Source: Stramenopiles sp. TOSAG23-6 (taxonomy: Eukaryota). Taken from it: a stretch of 33,906 bases of DNA. The position numbers were made by a program, and so were the translations under genes. The stretch spans positions 1 to 33,906 of the forward strand of contig LT635953.1 in the NCBI GenBank assembly GCA_900128565.1. Direction: 5' to 3'. The notes beneath the pieces were generated by a model. It had not been told where the DNA came from, did not search any database, and worked only from the letters and a program-made list of their open reading frames with translations. This document shows positions 1 to 9,666 of the stretch, piece after piece (within the stretch, counting starts at the first letter, position 1; each line of letters opens with the position of its first letter).

Positions 1-458
1 CATCTCTCTCGATCATTGCCCCAGTTACATATTGCTCCAATTTTGCCACCTTTTCCAGAAATGCTTCAAGAGTTTGCTTTATTCGGCACTAAAGGAGGTG
101 CAAATCATTTTGATTCTAAAATACGAACAATTCGTCCATTACCCATTAAATATCTTGCTTCCTCTGCAGAAGATCGTATGAACCAATTATTTGGTATTAA
201 AAAGAAATGGTCACTTGAAGAACTTCGACCTTTTATTAAAGATTTAACATGTACATTTTCATCATGAGTTTCAAATTGTTTTTTTTTCATAGAAAATTTT
301 GTACGTAACGAATTTTATAAAAAAAAAAAAAAATATTTTTTCACAATACACGTGGCGAAAATGATCTAACGGAGGGAAAACTTTTGTTGAAGTTTTGTCG
401 AAGTAGTACGTCAATTATTGACGGGAAAACAATTCGCTTATTTAATAAAAGATTTTGA
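1..458 (+). CDS. DSCC1: DCC1/DSCC1 (Ctf18-RFC subunit), 3' part; exons <1-250 and 352-458
   Basis: LASSAEDRMNQLFGIKKKWSLEELRPFIKDL resembles the DCC1 C-terminus (LP..ERF..LF..REKW..EDI.PYI.DL). Removing 251-351 continues as CGENDLTEGKLLLKFCRSSTSIIDGKTIRLFNKRF*, matching the 'LL.K..R.S' end of DCC1. Confidence 0.85.
251..351 (+). mobile_element. Introner-like intron copy 1 (GT...AC, 101 nt)
   Basis: Starts GTACAT, has internal AAATTTTGTACGTAAC and ends AAATATTTTTTCACAATACAC. Removal restores the DCC1 frame. Exact register is ambiguous by a few nt. Confidence 0.8.
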
Positions 459-666
459 TTTTGTGTTTTCAATTTGAAAATGAAATAAAATTTACATTTT
501 TTTTACTTTTTGTTCAAAAAAATTATTCAATTTCAAATTTCAAATTTCAATAATAAGATCAAAAACAGGTTTGTCCAAATGTTCACAGAACGTTAAATAA
601 CGGTTACTATACCAGAACACACAGAAACTTTCCCTACACAAACGTAGTTAATAAATAAACCTCACA

Positions 667-1374
667 ATGGCAGAATGTTCGTGACCCTCTACTCACATAG
701 TATTATCAACACTTCATTTATTTACATATTTATGACCTCTTTAGATTATTCCACTTTATATAAACGTTATCTCACATTTATTTTCAGAAATGATATACAA
801 CAAACTTACAGTGCACGTAACGGGGCAAATATCTGGTGGGTCTGACTTTGAAGCAAACAATGGTTTATATTTGAGGTGGAGACTTGTAGATGACCGTAGC
901 ATTACTGCAGTAGATAAAACAGAGGATGGTTGGCATTTGCTTCGTGGTTCAACATCAGGACAAACACAAGTGTCTACTCCCGACGACATAGATTCCTTTG
1001 CGCTGTGGCAACATCCAATTGATGTCCACTTCGCGTTGAGTTCCATAAGAGGCTGGCCTCGTTTGTACGTCGAAGTGTGGGCATTAGATGAATTTCGACG
1101 ACATGAATTAGCTGGGTATGGATTTGTACACGTTCCAACCGCAAGTGGTTGCTTTGACTTGGATATTGTCACTTGTGTACCGGAGTCAAAAGGTCCGATA
1201 GGACGTTTATCTGAAGATTTAGTTGGCGGTTTGCCAAAGTTAAAAGACCCCACAGTCTTACTTCGAAGTGGGAGTAGATTAGGTTTAAATACAAAAACGA
1301 CTGGTATTGTTCATGTTGAGTTGCAGTTACTTCACCGCGGATTCAATGGAACAAATATTAAATTTTCATCATAA
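667..1374 (+). CDS. B9D2: B9 domain-containing protein 2 (ciliary transition zone); exons 667-676 and 812-1374
   Basis: Splicing GTTCGT...TTACAG (677-811) gives MAELHVTGQISGGSDF. The motifs GQTQV, WQHPIDVHF, GWPRL, D.F.R.ELAGYGFVHVP and L.T.TTG.V.VEL are typical of B9D2. Confidence 0.92.
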
Positions 1375-1422
1375 AATTTGAAACTTTTTTAATTTTAATC
1401 ATAAATTTTTCGGAAATAATTT

Positions 1423-2367
1423 TTATCCAATATCAGTAGCATCAGAATCTGTAGACATCGACGTAGTAGTATTCCCAGAAAATTCAAGAAAGCGAGAATG
1501 AGATGGATTCTGCAAAATTGGTAAGTTTTGTAGTAAATCTCTGGCGTCTTCTATTTTTAAATGACTCAGTAAGTTTTCTATTTCAGATTGTATTTCACTG
1601 AGTTTCGTGTTTGTATTTGGTGAATACTTTGTAAGGGCAGCTATTGCTCGCCCTCCAGGAAAAAATTTAAAGAATGAAGATGATCTTCTTCGAGTTGGAG
1701 AAAACCTATGATGAGAGTTATGCTTAAAAGCAATGGTTGGAGTATCGCTTCCAGAAGGAGCTAGTTTCATATCTATAGAGGGAGAATTTTCCAGGCTATT
1801 CTGAGCTGGTGTTTCAGGTGTTGTTGGGATCATATTCTTTGTTATTTTCTGAGCAGCTTTATCACTTTGGAATTCTGAAATAAGATCTTGAAGTCGTTGT
1901 TTTTCTTCTTCAAGTTTCCTATTCTGTAATTTTTTTTCTATAAGTTCCTGTTTAGAAAAAATGTTCTCCTCTTCAACAACTTCTAAACGCTCCTGTAATC
2001 TAATCTCAGTTGACTTGGAAACACGTAAAGCAGTCTCCAGCTCATCATTTCTCTGTTCTAAATTTTGAACTTTATTCAAAGTAATTTTATATGAACTTTG
2101 GCATTCCTCCAATTTCCGCCGTACCCTAGATATATCAGTAACTAGTTTCGAAGCATCTAGCCGGGATGCGTGTAATAAATTCTCTAAACTAGCGATACGC
2201 TTCAATGACACTTGAGTTTTCTCCTCTGCTTTCGATAACAAAGTTTCTAGTTCATCCTCAACCTCCTTTGAAGTAGTCTCAAAATCTTCCCATTGTTCTT
2301 TTAAATTAACAAGTTCAGCTGTCTTTGCTTTTAACAAGCCTTGTAGTTTCAACAACTCACTTGACAT
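1423..2367 (-). CDS. NudE/NDEL1-like coiled-coil dynein regulator
   Basis: EQWEDFETTSKEVEDELE and KVQNLEQRNDELETALR resemble the NudE coiled coil (EF..SSRELE.ELE; RELEQ.NDDLE..R). First ATG is at 2367. Confidence 0.75.
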   Translation of the reverse strand: MSSELLKLQGLLKAKTAELVNLKEQWEDFETTSKEVEDELETLLSKAEEKTQVSLKRIASLENLLHASRLDASKLVTDISRVRRKLEECQSSYKITLNKVQNLEQRNDELETALRVSKSTEIRLQERLEVVEEENIFSKQELIEKKLQNRKLEEEKQRLQDLISEFQSDKAAQKITKNMIPTTPETPAQNSLENSPSIDMKLAPSGSDTPTIAFKHNSHHRFSPTRRRSSSFFKFFPGGRAIAALTKYSPNTNTKLSEIQSEIENLLSHLKIEDARDLLQNLPILQNPSHSRFLEFSGNTTTSMSTDSDATDIG

Positions 2368-2864
2368 TTTGGAAGTACCAACCACAATATTATCAAAAAG
2401 AAGTCTTAAACAAAATTTCCATACGACGTTAGAATTTGAACAAGTTTTATTATACTATGACTAGAAAGTATACTAATTCAATAATAGTATGGATCTAGAT
2501 CCAAAAATACAAAAAGGAAGGTCTCACACGAGCGAGTGGCTGTGTGTGTGACAACAGACAGTGTGTGGTTTTGGAAGAAAGATGAGACACGCGCGTCTTT
2601 TTTCTCTTTTTTTTTGAATTTGAAATTATTGGAAATTTTTTTGATGGTCAGAATTTTGGAAAAAAAATCGATCATCAGCATCATGAACAACAACACACAC
2701 AAGCTCTTACACACTCTTGAATAAATTGCATTTGGTGAGATTAGTTTTGATTTACCTCGACCAAGATACAGATGGTGTCATTTTTCAATTGTAGAAGAGT
2801 TAGGTAAGTTCAGTGGAGGACCTTTAAAGCGATATTGCTATTGTTTCACTGTAGTTGGGAAAAC

Positions 2865-4603
2865 ATGTCTTCTTTGTTTGTTATATTTTACGTGTACGTT
2901 TTACTTTTCAGTGGTTGGACAAATTCTTGGAAAGTTGCCTCCGAAGCCGAAAGAAGCTCTTTTTTAGCAGAATCTAATATTATGCAACGATTAAAAATTT
3001 GCGAAAGCGAAGGAATATATCCTATTTCATTGAGTATTCCAGCGGAATTTATTGTTTCTGAAGATCATGTTGACCTGGCATCTTTTTCTAGTCGCACACT
3101 ATTGTCAGAGATCTCACCAGTTGGATATGGAAAGATGATGGGTGATGCCAAAAGGTGGACTTTTTCGCCCACAAAAGAAGGAGAAACAGAATATCATTCA
3201 ACATACAGTAAATCTTTATTTGCTCTCACGATGAAGAAAGGTGGTTGGGACTGTTTATGTCTTCAAAATTGAATTCAAATTTATTTTGTTTGTACCAAAT
3301 TTCGTACCTAACGAATTTGAAATTTCAAGTTTTTGAATATTTTTTCACTCTACATTTACGCCACTATGAAATAATTGCAGCAGGCACAGTTCCTATATTC
3401 GTCGGTATTGAAGACGCCCCACCAGGTGTTTTATCTCTTGTACCTCGTGATTTATTTGTACGTGCTCGAAAGTTAACTTTATGGAATGATCAATCTAATT
3501 CTGGGTCACTTCCAATACTTGACTTTAGTGGCAATGATCAAAATTCAGAAACTCAAAAATACACTTCTGAATATTTAAATCTGCGAAAAGATTTTCTAAA
3601 AGTAGCACGACAAAAACTCACAACATTGTTTTCTGCTCAACGTTTACTGTCTATAATGGGATTTGATATCAATAATGAAAGTAAAAATAAAAAAATTTGC
3701 GCGGACAAACCACGAATAAATGAAAGTAAAAATAAAAAAATTTGCGCGGACAAACCACGAATACTATTTCTCACAGGTCGAGTTCAAGACCAGAATTATA
3801 TTCGGGAGCTCATGTACGTTTTCATTATGAATTTCAAATTTATTTTTTTTCATACGAAATTTCGTACCTAACAATTTGTTTTGACCAATTTCGAATGTCT
3901 ATTTTTTTTACAATACATATTTCATGGTTTGCGGAGCTTACTAGATGGAGAAAGTAGTCAAGATAAAATCAATCAAAATTCGTCGGAATCGCATACAAAT
4001 AATAGTGTACATGTCACTGATTTTCCAAAACTATCATTTATGTATGCTGAGTTAAACAGTGATGACTATTCGAAATCATCTGATAAAAGTTACGAATATG
4101 AAACAATTCATTTAAATAAAACTCGCGTGAAAAGACAAAGTCTATACGGATGGGGTTTTACTTACTCACATTTATTACCTGATTTGACAGTGAATAGATC
4201 TCCAAGGACTATTGAGAAGAATATTCGTAATATGGAGTATGATCTTGTAATCTATAGCCGCATGGATGGGATGTCATATAATCCGTTATCTCTCCGTATG
4301 TCGGATGGCACACTGTGGAGAGATGATAATAAAGGTGAGAAAGCAGCTGATGTTATGGGATATCCAGAAGATGTTGGGGAAAAACCATCGTGGGAGTATC
4401 CACCTTTTTGGCCCCTTGTACGGCAATATTATGCAGATCCATTTCCAAAAGGAGAGAAAAAAGTAGCATTTCTATTTGGAAGTGATTTATACGAACTTGA
4501 TGATGCAATGAAAATGGCTACACGATGGTCACAATTTGGCACAGTTTTTTTTCGCGAACTTGTTGATTGTCCAGAGGAAGTTCTCCAACGTTTCGAAAAA
4601 TAA
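2865..4603 (+). CDS. Putative glycosyltransferase-like protein with N-terminal signal/anchor; exons 2865-3254, 3356-3813, 3919-4603
   Basis: Hydrophobic N-terminus. Three ORFs join after removing two family introns to give YPISLSIP...SLFALTMKKGGWDCLRHYEIIAAGTVPIF...YIRELIFHGLRSLL. I recognise the KKGGWDCLRHYEI motif from uncharacterised GT-like proteins; the function is inferred. Confidence 0.7.
3255..3355 (+). mobile_element. Introner-like intron copy 2 (apparent TT...AT, 101 nt)
   Basis: Starts TTATGT (family GTATGT with G>T), has internal GTACCAAATTTCGTACCTAAC and ends TTGAATATTTTTTCACTCTACAT. Removal gives WDC|LRHYE. Confidence 0.75.
3674..3763 (+). repeat. Perfect 45-bp tandem duplication (NESKNKKICADKPRI x2)
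   Basis: Two identical 45-nt units in frame. Confidence 0.95.
3814..3918 (+). mobile_element. Introner-like intron copy 3 (GT...AT, 105 nt)
   Basis: GTACGT...TACGAAATTTCGTACCTAAC...CAATACAT. Contains an in-frame TAA and no AG. Removal gives RELIFHGLR. Confidence 0.82.
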
Positions 4604-4625
4604 TAAAATTACAAATATGGTTTAT

Positions 4626-6500
4626 TTATTGAAATGTTTTATTGGCATATTTCTCTATAATATGTATACTGCGTTTCTTTAGCTCTAACCTCGCAAATTT
4701 CACGTCTTGTTCTAGAACAGTATCATAATTATCGTTTTCATAAGAAATGTGATTATTATAACGATTTGTGACTGAATAATTAAGACCGAGATTTTGGTAA
4801 TCGGTTGAAGAATTTTTATTTTGTTCATCAGTTCCAAAGTCAATATGAGGTACGTCATATTCATGATTATTTGGTTTATTACTTTGTATGCTGATTGCGA
4901 CTTCGCTTTTGTACTCCGAACTTGTCAAAAATGTTGAAGATATGTTTCTTCGTTTGCTTCCAGATGTATCGCAACTGAATTTGATAGCACTAATATGATC
5001 TTTCTTGGAGAGGATCTCACCTGTCCGTTGATGAATGAAACGTAAATATTTCAATAATTTTTGACCCAAGTTTTGATATTTTCGAGTGTTTTCTTTTCCT
5101 TGAGATTCATCTTGGAATTTACTAGTGCATTTAATTTTGTTCTGAAGATTCATCATGACTTTAGTTTTACTAGATTTTGATTCATTTATGGAATTATCTA
5201 TCAATGTGATATCCATTGACTTGAAGCGCTCATATAGTGTTTCTATGACCATTTGTAATTGAGCTAGTTTACGTGATGCCTGCATAAAGTTTTGTCTGGC
5301 TAAAACAGCGGTTCGAATGACGCTTTCAACTTTGGCTTCATCGTAACCGTGAGTAATATCTCTAGCACTATGTTCCGAGGTATTTAGCGTTTCTTGAAAT
5401 TTCTGTAGCTCGATGCGCATATCTGCCAAATGTTGTTCTTCAAAAATTTCTTGTGCATGGATATTTGATATTGTTGCGTCAAGTTCTATTTGAATTTGAT
5501 TTTGTTTTGCGTAATAATTATGAATATCAGTTACATTATTGCATCCTGTCATTGCGTAAATCATATTAAATGATTCTCTACAAATATTTCGGCGGTTTTC
5601 TTGATGCTTCTTTTTTACATGTTGCGATGATATATTGAGAGCTTCTACTTCTAAATCATTGGCTTTTGTATTATCTTTTGAGTAAGTATCGGAACTTAGA
5701 GATTTCTGTCGCTGAAGCATCCCACGGAGTTCGTTTAGCGAACGGCGTGCTTCATTTAATTGATCTTCTCCCATTTTCTTTTGCTTTGTCATTTGTGCTT
5801 TCAAAGATTTAACTTCCTCGTTTGTTTTTGCATACAGTTGAGCAGCATCTCGCTCTTTATGTCTTACACGAATTAGCTGGGAATCCCAAGATTGAACCAA
5901 CTTTGTGAGCACTCTGATATTCTGTTTTAAATATGGAGCTTCATATTTATAACGCGATATCATATGTGCAAGTGAATTCCTGTACTGAACAGATGCTTGG
6001 AACTTAGACTTTAGTTCAAACTGCCTTTTTTTTCTTTCTTTAAACTTTTGTTTGACCGAAGAAATTGAAGCAGACTTCCTAGATTTACTCAAATTAAGCC
6101 TATTCATGGTTTCTTCGGTTTCTTTCATACCAACACTTGCTTTTATTAATTGAAAGTGCAAATCATTCTTTTCTGTGGATATTTCATCCAATTCTTTAGT
6201 CAGTTGTTCTTTTCGATCTTCGAGTTCAAAGAGGATATTTTTTCGTGTTTGTGACGCTTCCTTATCACCGACAATTACGTCATTGTGTGCTTGTGAAGTC
6301 TTTGTAATATTCTTTTTTGTCGAACCAGATGTATCTATAGTGTTTCTGCTCAAAGTGTAAGCTGCTGCATTTTCTAAAATATTTATTTTTGTGGGTATCC
6401 ATTTGCGCTGCTTAATTCTCCTCTTCCTATTTTTGGCAATTTGTATTTTTGTTTTTTGTGTGTCCTCCGAAATTCGTCGAACAACTGTAGCAAAATTCAT
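4626..6500 (-). CDS. Long coiled-coil protein, weakly like the outer dynein arm docking complex family (ODAD1/CCDC114, ODAD3/CCDC151)
   Basis: About 625 aa open frame with heptad-rich segments. ESFNMIYAMTGCNNVTDIHNYY resembles the 'F..I...TG..D..E....F' motif of the family. Start codon is uncertain. Confidence 0.5.
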   Translation of the reverse strand: MNFATVVRRISEDTQKTKIQIAKNRKRRIKQRKWIPTKINILENAAAYTLSRNTIDTSGSTKKNITKTSQAHNDVIVGDKEASQTRKNILFELEDRKEQLTKELDEISTEKNDLHFQLIKASVGMKETEETMNRLNLSKSRKSASISSVKQKFKERKKRQFELKSKFQASVQYRNSLAHMISRYKYEAPYLKQNIRVLTKLVQSWDSQLIRVRHKERDAAQLYAKTNEEVKSLKAQMTKQKKMGEDQLNEARRSLNELRGMLQRQKSLSSDTYSKDNTKANDLEVEALNISSQHVKKKHQENRRNICRESFNMIYAMTGCNNVTDIHNYYAKQNQIQIELDATISNIHAQEIFEEQHLADMRIELQKFQETLNTSEHSARDITHGYDEAKVESVIRTAVLARQNFMQASRKLAQLQMVIETLYERFKSMDITLIDNSINESKSSKTKVMMNLQNKIKCTSKFQDESQGKENTRKYQNLGQKLLKYLRFIHQRTGEILSKKDHISAIKFSCDTSGSKRRNISSTFLTSSEYKSEVAISIQSNKPNNHEYDVPHIDFGTDEQNKNSSTDYQNLGLNYSVTNRYNNHISYENDNYDTVLEQDVKFARLELKKRSIHIIEKYANKTFQ

Positions 6501-6862
6501 GAAAATGAAAGTGCAGTATTTAAATTCCACGTTTATGAGTTTCTCCTAATGGGCATTATTGTGGATATCCCTGTAATTATTCCTCGAATGCAACTTCACT
6601 TAGCTACTAGTAGCATTGTTGCTCAAAAAAGGGATCAGATCACGATTTAGATTCGACCGTTTCATAACCGTTAATTAATTTCCCCTCCTAGGACTACAAG
6701 TATTGCGTTATACGGTATTCGTATTCACACACGTCCTAGTGTGTTACCATTCAACAACGAATCGAAACCGTGCTATTAAGGACTAGTTATATGAGTATTC
6801 TACACAAGTAGTTTTGAACACGTGTAATAGTTCTTTATTAATAGAAACTAGCCGGAAGATAG

Positions 6863-9145
6863 ATGCGGAAAGTCCCCACAAAAAGAGATTCAATTGCAGA
6901 TAAGCAAGCAAGACTGCACACAAAGCGCGAAAAAGATAGAATAGACAAAATGCAATTCAGTAGAACTCTAAAGAAAGTGAAAATGCCGCAATTCGATGCA
7001 CCCAGAATATCAAGGAAATCAATACAGACTCATGATATAACTAATGCTAGTTTGAAAAGAGCGACACAAAAATCTAAGCAGGGATCAATAAAAATTCTTC
7101 GAAAGAAGAAAAGGCTTACTTCTCGGGTAGAGAGACCATTAAAAAAAATGGAGAAAAATAAACACAACAATTCCCATTTATTGTGGTCAGAATTTATGGA
7201 TTATGGCACGCGCAATTTGTTCTACATTCACAACAATACTGGGGAATCGAGCTGGGAAGCACCCAAAGGCTGGTATCGGACAAAGTCAAATTGTTCACTT
7301 ATTCCTTTGGATGATCTTAAGGATAAAAATTTTCCTATTAAAAATTGTACGTCAGCAAGAAATAGAGTTAAACCAAAGAAAAAACCAATATTGGTAACTA
7401 TTTCACCAAATAGAAAGAAAACCATGCGGCGATTTTATCCTGTGATATCAAAACCCACAAGAAAATCTTCGAACAGAAATGTTCACAATAGGGCTAAGAC
7501 ACATGGGAAGCAATCAACAGTAGGAACTTATAGAAAATATCGCTCACAAATTGTCTCCTACAGTAATGATCAGGGTCAGACTATCAAAGAATTTAATGGC
7601 CCGTCGAAGTCATTTTCTCAGATAAAAGCGTCAAAAGAAAAGGTGGCAAAATTGGAGCAATATGTAACTGGGGCAATGATCGAGAGAGATGAAGTAAAAA
7701 ACAATCTCAATAAAGTGAGTTTACTTTCTGCTGCACACTCTCAAGAGCTTGAAGATATTCGTAAGCCAAATTCAAAACATAATTTGTCACCCAATGCGAA
7801 TAATAGAAATAAGTTTGCAATAACAAAATCACTAGGGCATCAGAATGAATATATGCTTACTTTACTTAGTAAATCGGAGGCCACTAAAGATGATTTGAAG
7901 ACCAACATAAATATACTTCGCCGAGAAGCAAACATTTATAAATCTGCACAAGCACGGCTTAGAGATGGAGTTAATGTAAGTAAGTCAAGAGTTGCCGAGA
8001 GTAATATGAGAACAAATGAGTACTATAGATCCATAAAAGACGCGACAGATACATACCTTGAACAAAAATCACATTATATAGCTGAATGTAAAAATGTTCA
8101 AGACAAGCTATTAAAACTTCAACAACAAGCAAATAAGCTTACATTTCAAAACTCAGATGACATGGAAAATCTTAAAAACTGGGACAGTATTTCTGAAAGT
8201 TTTCAATCTGAAGTCTCAAAGAAATTTCTCGATGAAAATGTAGATAGATCAAAAAAAAAAGATTCAGAGCATAAATTCCACAAGCCACTGAGTAGCCGCA
8301 ACAAGATGCAGCATATTGCCCAATCGGAGTCATATTACAATAAACAGTGGACTGAACTATCTGCATTAACAGATGTTCAAAATATTAGTGATTTTGTGAA
8401 CATATGTATTAAATTTGAAAAAGAAAAGAAACGCAAGTTAGATAGAGTAAGCATTTATCTTGAAAACACACAGAAGATTAGACAACAACAACAAAGAATA
8501 AAGAACGAAATCATAAATATAAAATCTCGAATAACAGCAATTACAAATAATGGTAGTAAACAAGAAAGCTTAAGGGCATTTATGTCAGCCAAAGCATTCC
8601 AAGATAAAGCAGAGCAAGACGAAAAGAACATTTTGAAGAAAGAAAAGATTGTAGTTGATGCGATAATGAATGCAACTCAGTCACTATATCAATTATTGAG
8701 CAGTTCGCAAGTCTACCTTCACACAGATGTTGAGAGTATATCTGATTCTGTTGAAATTGTATCTACAAATACAAATGTAAAATCAAGAGTGAAATTATTA
8801 TTGAAAAACTTTTGTGTAATTGAAAGTATATTGAATCATATCCTAGAACCTTATATAATTTTCGAGGAGAACCAGGGTTGTATACCAAATAGAGCAAACT
8901 TTAATGTTGATGCCGAACGGAAAAAGCTTAACTCAATATTTTCAGACGTATTTAAGAAAGAAGATTGCTGGGTATCTAAAGTGTCTAAAATAATTGCTTC
9001 GAAAAGGGTTGCAAGTTTTGATACTGCTTCAAAAAACTCAAAAAGTAAACATTTAAGAACGAAAATAGAGGATACAACTTTACCAATTTTACACCATGAA
9101 GAGTTGTTACAATCAATGATAGGACGAAAACAGTATCTTCTGTAA
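6863..9145 (+). CDS. WW-domain coiled-coil protein, weakly ODAD1/CCDC114-like
   Basis: 760 aa. WW domain: WSEFMDYGTRNLFYIHNNTGESSWEAP. YNKQWTELSALTDVQNISDFVNICIKFE resembles the ODAD1-type motif. Confidence 0.55.
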   Translation: MRKVPTKRDSIADKQARLHTKREKDRIDKMQFSRTLKKVKMPQFDAPRISRKSIQTHDITNASLKRATQKSKQGSIKILRKKKRLTSRVERPLKKMEKNKHNNSHLLWSEFMDYGTRNLFYIHNNTGESSWEAPKGWYRTKSNCSLIPLDDLKDKNFPIKNCTSARNRVKPKKKPILVTISPNRKKTMRRFYPVISKPTRKSSNRNVHNRAKTHGKQSTVGTYRKYRSQIVSYSNDQGQTIKEFNGPSKSFSQIKASKEKVAKLEQYVTGAMIERDEVKNNLNKVSLLSAAHSQELEDIRKPNSKHNLSPNANNRNKFAITKSLGHQNEYMLTLLSKSEATKDDLKTNINILRREANIYKSAQARLRDGVNVSKSRVAESNMRTNEYYRSIKDATDTYLEQKSHYIAECKNVQDKLLKLQQQANKLTFQNSDDMENLKNWDSISESFQSEVSKKFLDENVDRSKKKDSEHKFHKPLSSRNKMQHIAQSESYYNKQWTELSALTDVQNISDFVNICIKFEKEKKRKLDRVSIYLENTQKIRQQQQRIKNEIINIKSRITAITNNGSKQESLRAFMSAKAFQDKAEQDEKNILKKEKIVVDAIMNATQSLYQLLSSSQVYLHTDVESISDSVEIVSTNTNVKSRVKLLLKNFCVIESILNHILEPYIIFEENQGCIPNRANFNVDAERKKLNSIFSDVFKKEDCWVSKVSKIIASKRVASFDTASKNSKSKHLRTKIEDTTLPILHHEELLQSMIGRKQYLL

Positions 9146-9165
9146 GTCAGGATAAATTAGATTTA

Positions 9166-9666
9166 TTAAGATTTTAATGCTACACCATGAACAAAAGTAT
9201 AACAAGCCAAGGAACCATTGGGCGAATGCCATTTCACTACAAAACTACCATCAGCAGCACCACCTAGAACAGAAGTTGAAGAATGAAACGCCGTATTCGC
9301 ATTTTCAATAATATTACTACTTACGAACAATTTAAATGGTTTCTGAAGAGCTTGCAACGCTTTTAGACAAGTAATACTAACCTTCTCAGTCAGCTCTTGG
9401 ACTGTTGATCTATGGAACTCCATATCGCGAAGTTCGGCTTTTAAAGTATCAGATACAACTGATTTAAAGAGCTCTTTGCACTGCGCAAAACCACTCACTT
9501 GTTGATTCATTGGAAATAACGATAGAAACTTGAGCAGCTCCTTGAACAAATTACTAAACAAATACACAGAATTTGATATATAGTGGACGTATTGAAACAC
9601 AGACCAGTTTTGAAACTTTTTTGAAGCGACCTGCGAGTCAAAAGAGTCAACGTCATCATGATTCAT
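9166..9666 (-). CDS. Dynein light chain, Tctex-1 family; probable in-frame intron 9630-9481
   Basis: CLKALQALQKPFKLFVSSNI...FHSSTS...DGSFVVKW...C.TFVHGVAL is the Tctex-1 pattern. A CAG|GTCGCT...TTTTGCGCAG intron of 150 nt leaves about 116 aa, a normal size for the family. Confidence 0.85.
   Translation of the reverse strand: MNHDDVDSFDSQVASKKFQNWSVFQYVHYISNSVYLFSNLFKELLKFLSLFPMNQQVSGFAQCKELFKSVVSDTLKAELRDMEFHRSTVQELTEKVSITCLKALQALQKPFKLFVSSNIIENANTAFHSSTSVLGGAADGSFVVKWHSPNGSLACYTFVHGVALKS

Noticed and set aside
249-349. U12 (minor spliceosome) AT-AC introns
   Set aside because: Copies 1 and 3 can be slid to AT...AC, but the U12 donor RTATCCTT and branch TCCTTAAC are absent and the other five copies cannot be read as AT-AC.
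756-1253. Antisense and overlapping ORFs (e.g. 756-1253, 22854-23505, 32099-32686)
   Set aside because: They shadow well-supported genes and show no recognisable motifs.
2478-2724. Short ORFs in the NudE/GT-like intergenic region
   Set aside because: Low-complexity T/A-run translations, better explained as promoter DNA.
3814-3918. Stop-codon readthrough or an alternative genetic code at the 3n-length copies
   Set aside because: Four copies are 101 nt and shift the frame, the translated inserts are poly-Phe-like, and TAA, TAG and TGA all end normal genes here.
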